Part shown: positions 1 to 8,119 of the stretch, piece by piece
Layout: each line of letters opens with the position of its first letter
How positions within the stretch are numbered: the stretch's first letter is position 1
NCBI GenBank assembly: GCA_024720975.1
Contig: JANJXX010000015.1
Span: 1 to 13,363, forward strand
Direction of reading: 5' to 3'
DNA from: Thermoproteota archaeon
GTDB lineage: Archaea; Asgardarchaeota; Njordarchaeia; Njordarchaeales; Panguiarchaeaceae
Length of the DNA: 13,363 bases
The notes under the pieces: generated by a model
What the model saw: only the letters and a program-made list of their open reading frames with translations
The model's database searches: none
What the model was told of the DNA's origin: nothing
Program-made: the position numbers and the translations under genes

Positions 1-543
1 CGACCTGCATATCGAGCACTTGGGATCAATTATCTCGAATGATTCATACCATGATCCGCAGACCTCGCAGACGTCGCCATATTGGCCAGGCGCGCCGCAC
101 TTCGGGCATGTGCCGATCACGAACCTATCGGGGAGGAAGATCTCGCAATTCGGGCACCACCACTGCTTGATGGTCTTCGGGTAGATGTATCCCCTCTCCC
201 ACAGCCTAAGATAAAATTCCCTAACGACTTGATAGTGTATGGGCTTGCTGGTCCTAGAGAAGATGTCGAAGCTTATCCCGAGCTTCTCGAAAACCTCCTT
301 CTGAACCGGATAATACATGTCGCAGAGCTCCTTCGGCGTCATCCCCCTCCTCATCGCCTCGATCACTATGCTGCTCGCATTCTCGTCGGTGCCGCAGACA
401 TAGACGACCTCCGCGCCCCTCATCCGCTTAAACCTAGCGAAGATGTCGGCTGGAAGATAAGCTCCAGCCAAGTGACCAAAATGCCTAGGAGCATATGAAT
501 ATGGAAGAGCTGCCGTGACTAATATCTTCTCGATGGATCTCAC
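1..543 (-). CDS. metG: Methionyl-tRNA synthetase, N-terminal part (runs off the left edge; missing from the ORF track)
   Basis: Manual translation from GTG at 543 gives VRSIEKILVTAALPYSYAPRHFGHLAGAYLPADIFARFKRMRGAEVVYVCGTDEN...FDIFSRTS...CPNC..FLPDRFVIGTCPKC...YGDVCEVCG...PKCSIC. It has the TxALPY plus HIGH (HFGH) motif, GTDE, and four CxxC zinc-knuckle motifs typical of archaeal MetRS. The frame is open down to base 1. The start codon is uncertain by a few codons. Confidence 0.95.
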   Translation of the reverse strand, partial: MRSIEKILVTAALPYSYAPRHFGHLAGAYLPADIFARFKRMRGAEVVYVCGTDENASSIVIEAMRRGMTPKELCDMYYPVQKEVFEKLGISFDIFSRTSKPIHYQVVREFYLRLWERGYIYPKTIKQWWCPNCEIFLPDRFVIGTCPKCGAPGQYGDVCEVCGSWYESFEIIDPKCSICRS

Positions 544-713
544 CGCATCACATGTCCTAAAGCTCTCATTTAACTCTTAAGCCTGCTTTAGCTCGTCACT
601 TAATTTGAAAAGAGAAAGAGTATGTAAAACTATGAAGCTGGTGGGATATTGCAGGCCGCATGATAACCAATCTAGCCTAACCTGATTAACGCTGAAAAGG
701 GCATGCATGCAGG

Positions 714-1631
714 CTACTTAATCCCCCATAGACTAACTTTAAGCCCGAGAGCCTCAAGTCTTCTCTTCATGATCTTGAGTTTTTCATAATCCGGGTTCTC
801 ATGAAAAGGCATACTATAAGGCATGCCCAGATAGAGGTATTTTTCTGAAACATCATGAAATGGCAACAAGTGTATCTCTTTCAATTCTTTGAGAGATAAA
901 ACTAATGAGATGAATTTCTCGAGATTATCTTCGACATCGGTTATTCTTGGTACCACCGGGAATCTTATTATAATATCTCCTCCCCTACCAGAGTCGATGA
1001 GAAATTTCAAATTTTGAAGTATCAACTTATTTGACACACCGGTATAGAGCTTATGCTCTCTCTCATCAACCAGCTTTATGTCATAGAGAAATAGGTCTAC
1101 AAACTTGGAGATTTTCTGAAAAATCTCCGCCCTAGCATATCCTGATGTCTCAATAGCAGTGTGTACACCCATTTCCTTGCATCTCTTTAACATCTCATGG
1201 AGAAAGCTCGGTTGATATAATGGCTCCCCACCTGAAAATGTCACACCACCTCCGGAGATATTGTAGAAAATGATATCCTTCTTGACTTCCTCAAGTATTT
1301 CATCCACAGTAACTTCTTTACCAATGATCTTGAGAGCGCTGGTTGGACAGGCGTTTACGCATCTTCCGCAAACATTGCATATCTTCCTATCTATAATGTG
1401 CTTATCTTCATTCATCAATTTTATCGCATTCAAGGGGCATGCTTTAACGCAAAGATGACAATGAATACATAGCCGAGCATAATATGCTAGTTGAAGCTCC
1501 TTACTGAGTCCTTCTGGATTCTGACACCACCAGCATCTAAGTGGGCAACCCTTCAGGAATATAAGCGTTCTTATACCAGGTCCATCATATATTGCGAAAC
1601 GCTGTATATCGAAGATTATTCCCTTCTCCAT
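714..1631 (-). CDS. Glycyl-radical enzyme activating enzyme (radical SAM, with 2x[4Fe-4S] ferredoxin-like insert); putative HypD activase
   Basis: N-terminal IQRFAIYDGPGIRT, radical-SAM motif GCPLRCWWCQNPE, insert CIHCHLCVKACP and CNVCGRCVNACP, GGGVTFSGGEP, HTAIETSG. It starts 19 bp after the GRE stop, with an AGGAG RBS-like sequence in the gap. Confidence 0.95.
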   Translation of the reverse strand: MEKGIIFDIQRFAIYDGPGIRTLIFLKGCPLRCWWCQNPEGLSKELQLAYYARLCIHCHLCVKACPLNAIKLMNEDKHIIDRKICNVCGRCVNACPTSALKIIGKEVTVDEILEEVKKDIIFYNISGGGVTFSGGEPLYQPSFLHEMLKRCKEMGVHTAIETSGYARAEIFQKISKFVDLFLYDIKLVDEREHKLYTGVSNKLILQNLKFLIDSGRGGDIIIRFPVVPRITDVEDNLEKFISLVLSLKELKEIHLLPFHDVSEKYLYLGMPYSMPFHENPDYEKLKIMKRRLEALGLKVSLWGIK

Positions 1632-1650
1632 GTGAGATGATTCTCTCCTG

Positions 1651-4086
1651 TTAGAAGGACTTCTTCTCAGTCCTAGCTATGATCTCTTCTTGAAGCGCTT
1701 TAGGCAATCTTATGAAATAATCGCTGTATCCAGCGACCCTAACCATGAGGTCTTGAAAATCTCTTGGCCTCTTCTGAGCCTCTCTCAGCAACTCAGCACT
1801 TATAACATTAAATTGCACATGATGACCACCAAGCCTAAAGAATGCTCTTATTGCTTGAGCAAGCTTTTTCACATTTTCCTCGCTGTCAAAGATTTCGGGA
1901 GATAGCTTCATATTTAATAATGCTCCACCAGTCTTGTCCCAATCACATTTAGCAACGCTCATGAAAGTCGCTATAATTCCTTTCCTATCCATTCCTTGAA
2001 CAGGCGAAATACCCTCGGAGACAGGAGTCCCTCCTCTTCTACCATCAGGAGTTGCTCCCGTAACTTTCCCAAAATAAACATGAACCGTTGTTGGCAACCA
2101 ATATACTCTTCTTGAAGCTTTTCTGATAGGCGAACATGGGTAGCTTTCAACAAGCTTGCTTATTTCATCAACAAGTCTGACCGCGATACTATCCGCCCGA
2201 TCATCGTCATTACCGTATTTAGGCGTTTTATCGGGATTGCGCAGAACTTCAATCATCCACTCGTATCCGTTGAAGTCCTTGCCTAAGGCATCCATGATCT
2301 CATCCATTGTAAATGTCTTCCATTCGAACACATGATATCTAATAGCTGCAAGTGAATCTGCAACCGTCCCGAGACCCACCATCTGTATATATTGAGTGTT
2401 ATACTTTGCTCCACCGGCATTATAGTCCTTCCCCTTCCTAACACAATCTTCTATCCAAAGTGATAGAAAAGGCACTGGTAAGTATTTCGCATAAATCGCC
2501 TCGATGACATCATTCCCTTTAATTTTAATATCTAAGAAATATTTTACTTGCCTCATGAAAGCATTCCATAAATCCTCAAAACTCTTAAAGGATCGTGGAT
2601 CACCCGTCTCTAATCCAATTTTCTTACCTGTCTTGGGATCTACTCCATTATTCAACGTTATTTCCAGTATTTTCGGAAGATTAAAGTAGCCCGTCAAGAT
2701 ATATGCTTCCTTGCCAAATACGCCAGATTCCACGCACCCGCTTACACCCGCTAACCGAGCGTCTTCAAGCTCCTTACCTTGTCTAAGCATTTTTCTAATT
2801 ACGCCATCATGATTGAAAAATGGCGGCTCACCATATCCAGCTGAAGCAATCTTCAAAGCATGTATCAGAAAATGATCTGGTGTTCTCTCACTCACAAGAA
2901 CAGCAAAGTTCGGCTGAAGCGTTCTTAGCTCATCATAAGCCTCCAGAATTAAATACGATAATTCATTAACAGCGCTCGATCCATTCTCTCTCAGCCCCCC
3001 AATGTTTATCTTAGAGAAATCATTATATGTGGCACTTTCTTCATGCGTTACTCCAACTTTTGGTGGAGCTGGCTGGCTTGAAAACTTCAGAAAGAAGCAT
3101 AACAAAAGTTCCTTAGCCTTCTCCCTAGTAAGTCTCCCCTCTTCAATATCTTTTTTATAGAATGGATAAAGCCACATGTCGAGCCTGCCCGGTGTAAAAG
3201 AATCCCATGGATTTGTTTCATACGTTATCCCGACATGTATAAACCAGTAATGCTGAAGTGCCTCCCAGAATGTTCTCGGAGGATGAGCTGGAACCCAGTC
3301 GCATATCTTAGCCATCTGCTTAAGTTCTCTCCTTTTTTCAGGATCTTGTTCATCGTCAGCCATTTTATTAAGTAATTCAGCATATCGTTTAGCATAAATC
3401 AGAATACCATCTGCTACTATATCCATCGCCTTAAGTTCCTCGATTTTCTCAAGATATTCGGGATCACTCGGGTCAAGCTGGGAAATAGTTTCCCTAATTT
3501 CTTTCTTGATATCAAGTACTCCCATCTTAAAGACCCTTTCGCCGCCAGCGGTATGTCCCGGTGCTCTCTGCTCCATAAACTCCGTCCATATCCCAGCTTC
3601 ATACGCATGCTTCCATTTCTCATCCATATTCTCGAAGATAATCTCCCTAATAGTCCTGCCCTTCCAGAATGGGATTATCTCACTCTCGTAAACGCATATG
3701 ATTTCATTGTCCACGCGATACGGCATAACTTCTCTCTCATTCAAAATTTTAAGATCCTCCAAACTATGCAGGGTTATTTCGGGATAGGTTGGGGTCTCAT
3801 TCACACCAGTTCCTCTAATACCAATAATCAGCTGACCCGGTTCAACCGGCAAGCTCACATTCTCCATAAGATACTTGAATGCAAGAGCTCTCTGAACAGG
3901 TACAGACTTACCCCTCCCCAATCCTCGCTTATAAAACTCCGTAATAAGCCTCGCTCTCTCAACGGACAACTTAACCTCACTCTCAACAACAAATTTCCGT
4001 AACCGATCAACCCTCTCATTAAGCGGCTTTACAACACCCCTTCTGCGCGTCAGCTCTTTTAAAATATTTACGTATTGAAAGCTCAT
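1651..4086 (-). CDS. hypD: Glycyl radical enzyme, trans-4-hydroxy-L-proline dehydratase (HypD) family
   Basis: Gly loop RVAG786Y and Cys loop SGC451VE453. HypD-type motifs: TEF170MEQRAPGH178T, NPW294D295SFTPGRLD, QPAPPKVG, ES351ATYND356F357, LTGY467, L664PT666T. These correspond to C. difficile HypD F152/H160/W277/D278/S334/D339/F340/C434/E436/Y450/L643/T645/G765 as recalled. Confidence 0.9.
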   Translation of the reverse strand: MSFQYVNILKELTRRRGVVKPLNERVDRLRKFVVESEVKLSVERARLITEFYKRGLGRGKSVPVQRALAFKYLMENVSLPVEPGQLIIGIRGTGVNETPTYPEITLHSLEDLKILNEREVMPYRVDNEIICVYESEIIPFWKGRTIREIIFENMDEKWKHAYEAGIWTEFMEQRAPGHTAGGERVFKMGVLDIKKEIRETISQLDPSDPEYLEKIEELKAMDIVADGILIYAKRYAELLNKMADDEQDPEKRRELKQMAKICDWVPAHPPRTFWEALQHYWFIHVGITYETNPWDSFTPGRLDMWLYPFYKKDIEEGRLTREKAKELLLCFFLKFSSQPAPPKVGVTHEESATYNDFSKINIGGLRENGSSAVNELSYLILEAYDELRTLQPNFAVLVSERTPDHFLIHALKIASAGYGEPPFFNHDGVIRKMLRQGKELEDARLAGVSGCVESGVFGKEAYILTGYFNLPKILEITLNNGVDPKTGKKIGLETGDPRSFKSFEDLWNAFMRQVKYFLDIKIKGNDVIEAIYAKYLPVPFLSLWIEDCVRKGKDYNAGGAKYNTQYIQMVGLGTVADSLAAIRYHVFEWKTFTMDEIMDALGKDFNGYEWMIEVLRNPDKTPKYGNDDDRADSIAVRLVDEISKLVESYPCSPIRKASRRVYWLPTTVHVYFGKVTGATPDGRRGGTPVSEGISPVQGMDRKGIIATFMSVAKCDWDKTGGALLNMKLSPEIFDSEENVKKLAQAIRAFFRLGGHHVQFNVISAELLREAQKRPRDFQDLMVRVAGYSDYFIRLPKALQEEIIARTEKKSF

Positions 4087-4111
4087 TCCACTTCCCCGTA
4101 TTTTTATTAAA

Positions 4112-4130
4112 TATTTAAGCCTTATCCTTT
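4112..4130 (-). promoter_or_regulatory. Putative archaeal BRE/TATA promoter for hypD and its activase
   Basis: Minus-strand CTTAAATA (4119-4112), preceded by purine-rich AAAGGATAAGG, ends 25 nt upstream of the ATG at 4086. Confidence 0.55.
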
Positions 4131-4151
4131 ACAATTTTTCATTATGCCTTG

Positions 4152-4160
4152 AAAAATAAA
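4152..4160 (-). terminator. Putative oligo-T terminator after the ABC operon
   Basis: Minus-strand TTTATTTTT about 30 nt after the stop of the last ATPase gene and upstream of the hypD TATA box. Confidence 0.4.
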
Positions 4161-4192
4161 GCATCTAAAACATTTACACTTTTATCGTAAAA

Positions 4193-5170
4193 CTACTTAT
4201 GATAAAGCCAACATCTAACTATGCTATTATTCACTATCTTATCTGGTGGTGCTTGAAGCTTACATTTCTCTTCTGCATAGGGACATCTGGACACAAATTT
4301 GCATCCTGTTGCCAAAAACTCTTTTTCCTCAATTTGTGAGAGCCTAATCGGATGCATATAGTATTCTCTTTTTCTTAAATCCAAGGTGGGCAAGGACTCT
4401 AGTAACATTTTCGTGTAAGGGTGTAAAGGCCTCTTTAACACCTCATCAATTGGTCCTCTTTCAAGTATTGTGCCTCTATAGAGTATCGCTATATAATCAC
4501 TTATGTAGTATGATGTTGCTAAATCATGAGTTATATATAAAAATGAGATATTATACTCCTCTTTAACTTGCTTGAAGATGTTAAGTACACTTACTCTAAA
4601 TGATGCATCAAGCATGGAGACAGGTTCGTCCGCGATCATTAGCCTAGGCTTTGTAAGTAACGCCCTTGCTATGGCAACTCTTTGAAGCTCTCCCCCAGAT
4701 AATTCATGCGGATACTTTTCTTTTATATCACTTATCCTTAATCCAACTTCTGCGAGAACATCATCTACCACCTTATTAATCTCAGCTTCTTCTTTGATAT
4801 CAGCCAATGATTTAGCAGTTTCTTGGAAATACGAGTATATTTTTCGCATAGGATTAAATGAAGCAAAAGGATCTTGGAATATTGCTTGAACCTCTTTCCT
4901 AAACCACTTAACTTCAGACTTCTTTAATTCGTATATATTTTTCCCTCTATAGAGAACAATGCCTTCTTCAGGCTTATAAACTCTGAGTATTACCTTCGCT
5001 AAAGTGCTCTTACCGCTACCACTTTCACCCGCCAGAGTACATATTGAAGGCTCTTCACCAAGCTTGAGATTAACTTTATCTAAAGCCTTGAATTCGAAAC
5101 CAAAAAGACCATAACGAAACTTTTTCACAAGATCTTTCACTTCTAAAAGGATTTTTGATCTTTCTATCAT
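4193..5170 (-). CDS. Opp/Dpp-family ABC transporter ATP-binding protein (DppF/OppF-like)
   Basis: Walker A GESGSGKST, Q-loop IFQDP, signature LSGGELQR, Walker B MIADEP, ITHD, HPYT, and a Cys-rich C-terminal oligopeptide-ATPase domain (GCKFVSRC..C...C). GGGTGTGA RBS-like sequence upstream. Confidence 0.95.
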   Translation of the reverse strand: MIERSKILLEVKDLVKKFRYGLFGFEFKALDKVNLKLGEEPSICTLAGESGSGKSTLAKVILRVYKPEEGIVLYRGKNIYELKKSEVKWFRKEVQAIFQDPFASFNPMRKIYSYFQETAKSLADIKEEAEINKVVDDVLAEVGLRISDIKEKYPHELSGGELQRVAIARALLTKPRLMIADEPVSMLDASFRVSVLNIFKQVKEEYNISFLYITHDLATSYYISDYIAILYRGTILERGPIDEVLKRPLHPYTKMLLESLPTLDLRKREYYMHPIRLSQIEEKEFLATGCKFVSRCPYAEEKCKLQAPPDKIVNNSIVRCWLYHK

Positions 5171-5173
5171 ATT

Positions 5174-6163
5174 TCACACCCCACTATAAAGATAACATGA
5201 AACAAAATGTTCTTTGTCTGCTTCCACTAATAATGGAGGCTCGGATTTGCATATCTCTTTCATATATGTGCATCTTGGATGGAATCTGCAACCTTTTGGG
5301 GGGGCTGATAAATCTGGTGGCGATCCACGAATTCCTTGTCGAAGTTCTTTGTCTCCGAGTCTTGGAAGAGAAGCTAGGAGCATCTGCGTATATGGGTGTA
5401 AGGGGTCTTCAAAGAGTTCTTTGGAAGTCGCGATCTCAACAATTTTGCCAGCATACATTATTGCCACCCTATCACATAACATTGCATGTATTGCTAGATC
5501 ATGGGTGACCATTACTATCGTATTTCTCAAGGTCCTCTGACTATTCGCTAGGAGTTGGAGAACTCCTCTTTGCATGACTACATCAAGAGCGGTAGAAGGT
5601 TCATCTGCTAAAATTATTTGCGGTTTTGTAATTAAAGCCAAGGCTATTACAAGTCTTTGTCTCATTCCACCACTCAATTGATGTGGAAAAGCATTTATCA
5701 CGTCTTTTGGAAGCCCAGTTTTATGAAGATAGTCAATAGCCATTTCCATAGCTTCTTTTTTAGCAATATTCATGTGTGCCCTCATTATCTCAACAAAGTT
5801 ATCCTTTATCCTCATAGTGGGATTAAGGACATTCATGGAATTTTGTGGAATCCAAGATATTACCTTCCACCAAACTTTTCTCCTCCTTTCCTCTTCACTT
5901 AAGGATAAAATGCTGACTTTTTCATCTTTAAGTGGTAATATCACTGAACCTTGTTTTACAATTAGTGGAGGTCTAAGGTAACCATAAATAATTTTAAGTA
6001 AAGTTGATTTACCACAACCTGATTCACCAGCAATTCCAAAGATTTCATTTCTTCTTATCAAAAGGCTAACATCGTTTACAGCATCAACATACTTTGATCC
6101 ATTATATTTAACGAAATATCCTCCAAAAATGTTGTTAATAATTAATGCCGCATCCTGGCTCAT
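5174..6163 (-). CDS. Opp/Dpp-family ABC transporter ATP-binding protein (DppD/OppD-like); start revised to ATG at 6163 (MSQDAA...)
   Basis: GESGCGKST, LSGGMRQR, ILADEP, VTHD, HPYT, GCRFHPRC. The track start at 6316 overlaps the permease by 151 nt. The ATG at 6163 lies 2 nt past the permease TAA and has GAGGTG upstream. Confidence 0.93.
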   Translation of the reverse strand: MSQDAALIINNIFGGYFVKYNGSKYVDAVNDVSLLIRRNEIFGIAGESGCGKSTLLKIIYGYLRPPLIVKQGSVILPLKDEKVSILSLSEEERRRKVWWKVISWIPQNSMNVLNPTMRIKDNFVEIMRAHMNIAKKEAMEMAIDYLHKTGLPKDVINAFPHQLSGGMRQRLVIALALITKPQIILADEPSTALDVVMQRGVLQLLANSQRTLRNTIVMVTHDLAIHAMLCDRVAIMYAGKIVEIATSKELFEDPLHPYTQMLLASLPRLGDKELRQGIRGSPPDLSAPPKGCRFHPRCTYMKEICKSEPPLLVEADKEHFVSCYLYSGV

Positions 6164-6165
6164 TT

Positions 6166-7059
6166 TTACCTTCCACCTCTTAATCTCGGATTCAAGTACT
6201 CCTGGAGTCCCGCGGAGATCAAGTATAATGCAATGAAGAGAAAGATTAATGTCATTACCGGCGGCAATACCCACCACCACATATTGCGTAACATAGCTCC
6301 GTATCTCTGGATCCAATAAATCATAGTTCCCAGAGTATCTATTTCAAGTATTGATAATCCTAGAAATGCAAGACCTACTTCGGCACCTATTGCTCCAAGC
6401 ATAGTATTTATTATGTTGGTTAGATGGAATCCTAAAATATGTGGAAAAATTTCTAAAAAGATAATTTTTAAAGTAGACATACCTGATAGCTGAGCGGAAG
6501 TTATGAAATCTTTTTCTTTTATGCTTAAAGCCATGGCTCTTATCATTCTTGACGACCATGGCCATGAGATTATTGAAATTATGATGCCAATGATGATCAG
6601 ATTAACTATGGGTTTCAATATCATAACAAGCATTATGGTAAGCGGTAGTCCCGGTATAGCTATAAATGCATCAGTAATGAACATAACAGTTTTATCTACT
6701 GCACCGCCTTTCATACCGGCTATCAATCCAAATACTAATCCAATATGACATGCTATCATTGCTGTCACAAAGGCTATTATAAGCGAGTTCATGATTGCGT
6801 GAGTTAAGACCCAGAAGACGCTACGCCCGTCAGCAGTGGTTCCGAAAATAAGATCTATTGACTCAAATTTTGGCTGCATTCCCGTTGGCAGGTAGTAAAG
6901 ATAACTGTAGTAAGGAGGTGAAAAATTGGATGCTAATCCTAAGGCAAGGATTGCTAAAAAAAGAATGAAGCCTATTCTAAACTTTTTACTGAATTTAAGA
7001 ACTCTTTTTAGAATACCGAATATTCGCAAAGATTTAGATAGTGCTTTTTGTAGGGTCAT
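6166..7059 (-). CDS. Opp/Dpp-family ABC transporter permease (DppC/OppC-like)
   Basis: FGTTADGRSVF motif, several hydrophobic segments, EAA-like loop (KEKDFITSAQLSG), LAFLGL, WWWVLPP, terminal NPRLR. GGTGA RBS upstream of the ATG. Confidence 0.93.
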   Translation of the reverse strand: MTLQKALSKSLRIFGILKRVLKFSKKFRIGFILFLAILALGLASNFSPPYYSYLYYLPTGMQPKFESIDLIFGTTADGRSVFWVLTHAIMNSLIIAFVTAMIACHIGLVFGLIAGMKGGAVDKTVMFITDAFIAIPGLPLTIMLVMILKPIVNLIIIGIIISIISWPWSSRMIRAMALSIKEKDFITSAQLSGMSTLKIIFLEIFPHILGFHLTNIINTMLGAIGAEVGLAFLGLSILEIDTLGTMIYWIQRYGAMLRNMWWWVLPPVMTLIFLFIALYLISAGLQEYLNPRLRGGR

Positions 7060-7065
7060 TCACCA

Positions 7066-8082
7066 TCACCCATATCTCACTCTGGGATCCATGAGCGGGT
7101 ATATCAAGTCGAGAATGTATGCTGCTACTGCGACACCTATTATTGATAAGGATACTATTCCTAAAACTAGCGGATAATCTCCGGCATTGACAGCTTGGTA
7201 AAGAAGTTGTCCAAGTCCCGGGTAATTAAAGAGCATTTCAGTTAGTAGTGCTCCACCGAATATCCCTCCCAAATTTAAGCTAAGGGCAGTGATCTGAGGC
7301 ATCATTATATTTTTTAGCATATATTTTCTTAAGAGCAATCTTTTAGGCAATCCTTGTATCTCGCCATAATAGTAGTAATCCTCAGATAAAATGTTTAATG
7401 CGAGTGCTCTAGAACTTAAAAACCACCATCCAAGTGCACCAGGTATTATTATTGAAAGAGCTGGCAATGTCATAGCTTGAAAGATTGCTGAGAGAAATTC
7501 AAGTGAGAATATGTTCTCTGGGATCCGTACTGGAGCTAAGGAGAATAATGGTATGATATAAGCGAATAGATAAGTGAGAACTATAGCAAAAACATAATAT
7601 GGAATTGGATAAAGTGTGACCGCTATAGCTTGCAGAGTTTTTGACATTTTCGATCCTTCGAAAAGGGAGGCTATAGCCCCCATAATATTACCAAGGATCC
7701 AGGCAATAACTATTGAAAACGCTAGGAGAGTTGTTGTCCATGGTAGCCTATAGGAAATTATCTCTCTTACTGTCGTTGGTCTTGCAAGAATTGAGATACC
7801 AAAGTCTAATGTTAGAAACCTTCTCAAGAAACCTAAATATTGCTCCAAGAGAGAGCCTTTAAGTCCGAATAGCTCATAATACATGTCATACATTCTTTGA
7901 ACGGCTTCGGGGTCTCCAAGTGCTGCTCCAGTAACAGCCATACTCCTCGCCACCATATTCTTGACGATATCTACTGGTAATGCTTTTAGCATGAGGAATG
8001 TGAGGGTGAAGGCCATTAAGATGGTTGCAATTAACAATAACGTTCTATATAGAATGTATCTCATGAAGGGTTTGAACGACAT
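7066..8082 (-). CDS. Opp/Dpp-family ABC transporter permease (DppB/OppB-like)
   Basis: N-terminal RYILYR, DFGIS, LPWT, EAA-like loop SEDYYYYGEIQGL, EMLFNYPGLG, DYP, terminal DPRVR. Confidence 0.93.
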   Translation of the reverse strand: MSFKPFMRYILYRTLLLIATILMAFTLTFLMLKALPVDIVKNMVARSMAVTGAALGDPEAVQRMYDMYYELFGLKGSLLEQYLGFLRRFLTLDFGISILARPTTVREIISYRLPWTTTLLAFSIVIAWILGNIMGAIASLFEGSKMSKTLQAIAVTLYPIPYYVFAIVLTYLFAYIIPLFSLAPVRIPENIFSLEFLSAIFQAMTLPALSIIIPGALGWWFLSSRALALNILSEDYYYYGEIQGLPKRLLLRKYMLKNIMMPQITALSLNLGGIFGGALLTEMLFNYPGLGQLLYQAVNAGDYPLVLGIVSLSIIGVAVAAYILDLIYPLMDPRVRYG

Positions 8083-8094
8083 TCTTACAACACT

Positions 8095-8106
8095 AAAAAT
8101 AAAAAA
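8095..8106 (-). terminator. Putative internal oligo-T terminator/attenuator between the binding-protein gene and the permeases
   Basis: Minus-strand TTTTTTATTTTT in the 37-bp gap just after the SBP stop codon. Confidence 0.5.
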
Positions 8107-8119
8107 GTATGGGGATTAA

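Noticed and set aside
82-498. 138-aa plus-strand ORF
   Set aside because: Antisense shadow of metG, which has clear motifs on the minus strand.
701-710. Palindrome GCATGCATGC just after the activase stop
   Set aside because: A 10-bp tandem tetramer with no loop or adjacent T-tract; probably chance.
1651-4086. Annotation as pyruvate formate-lyase, choline TMA-lyase or diol dehydratase
   Set aside because: It has a single-Cys SGCVE loop rather than the PFL Cys-Cys pair, and carries HypD-type motifs (MEQRAPGH, WD, ESxTYxDF, LPTT).
4020-4086. About 17-aa N-terminal extension of the GRE as a microcompartment encapsulation peptide
   Set aside because: No shell-protein genes are present, and the extension is short and basic with no linker.
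6164-6316. N-terminal extension of the 380-aa ATPase ORF
   Set aside because: Overlaps the permease gene in another frame; the ATG at 6163 with an RBS is the better start.
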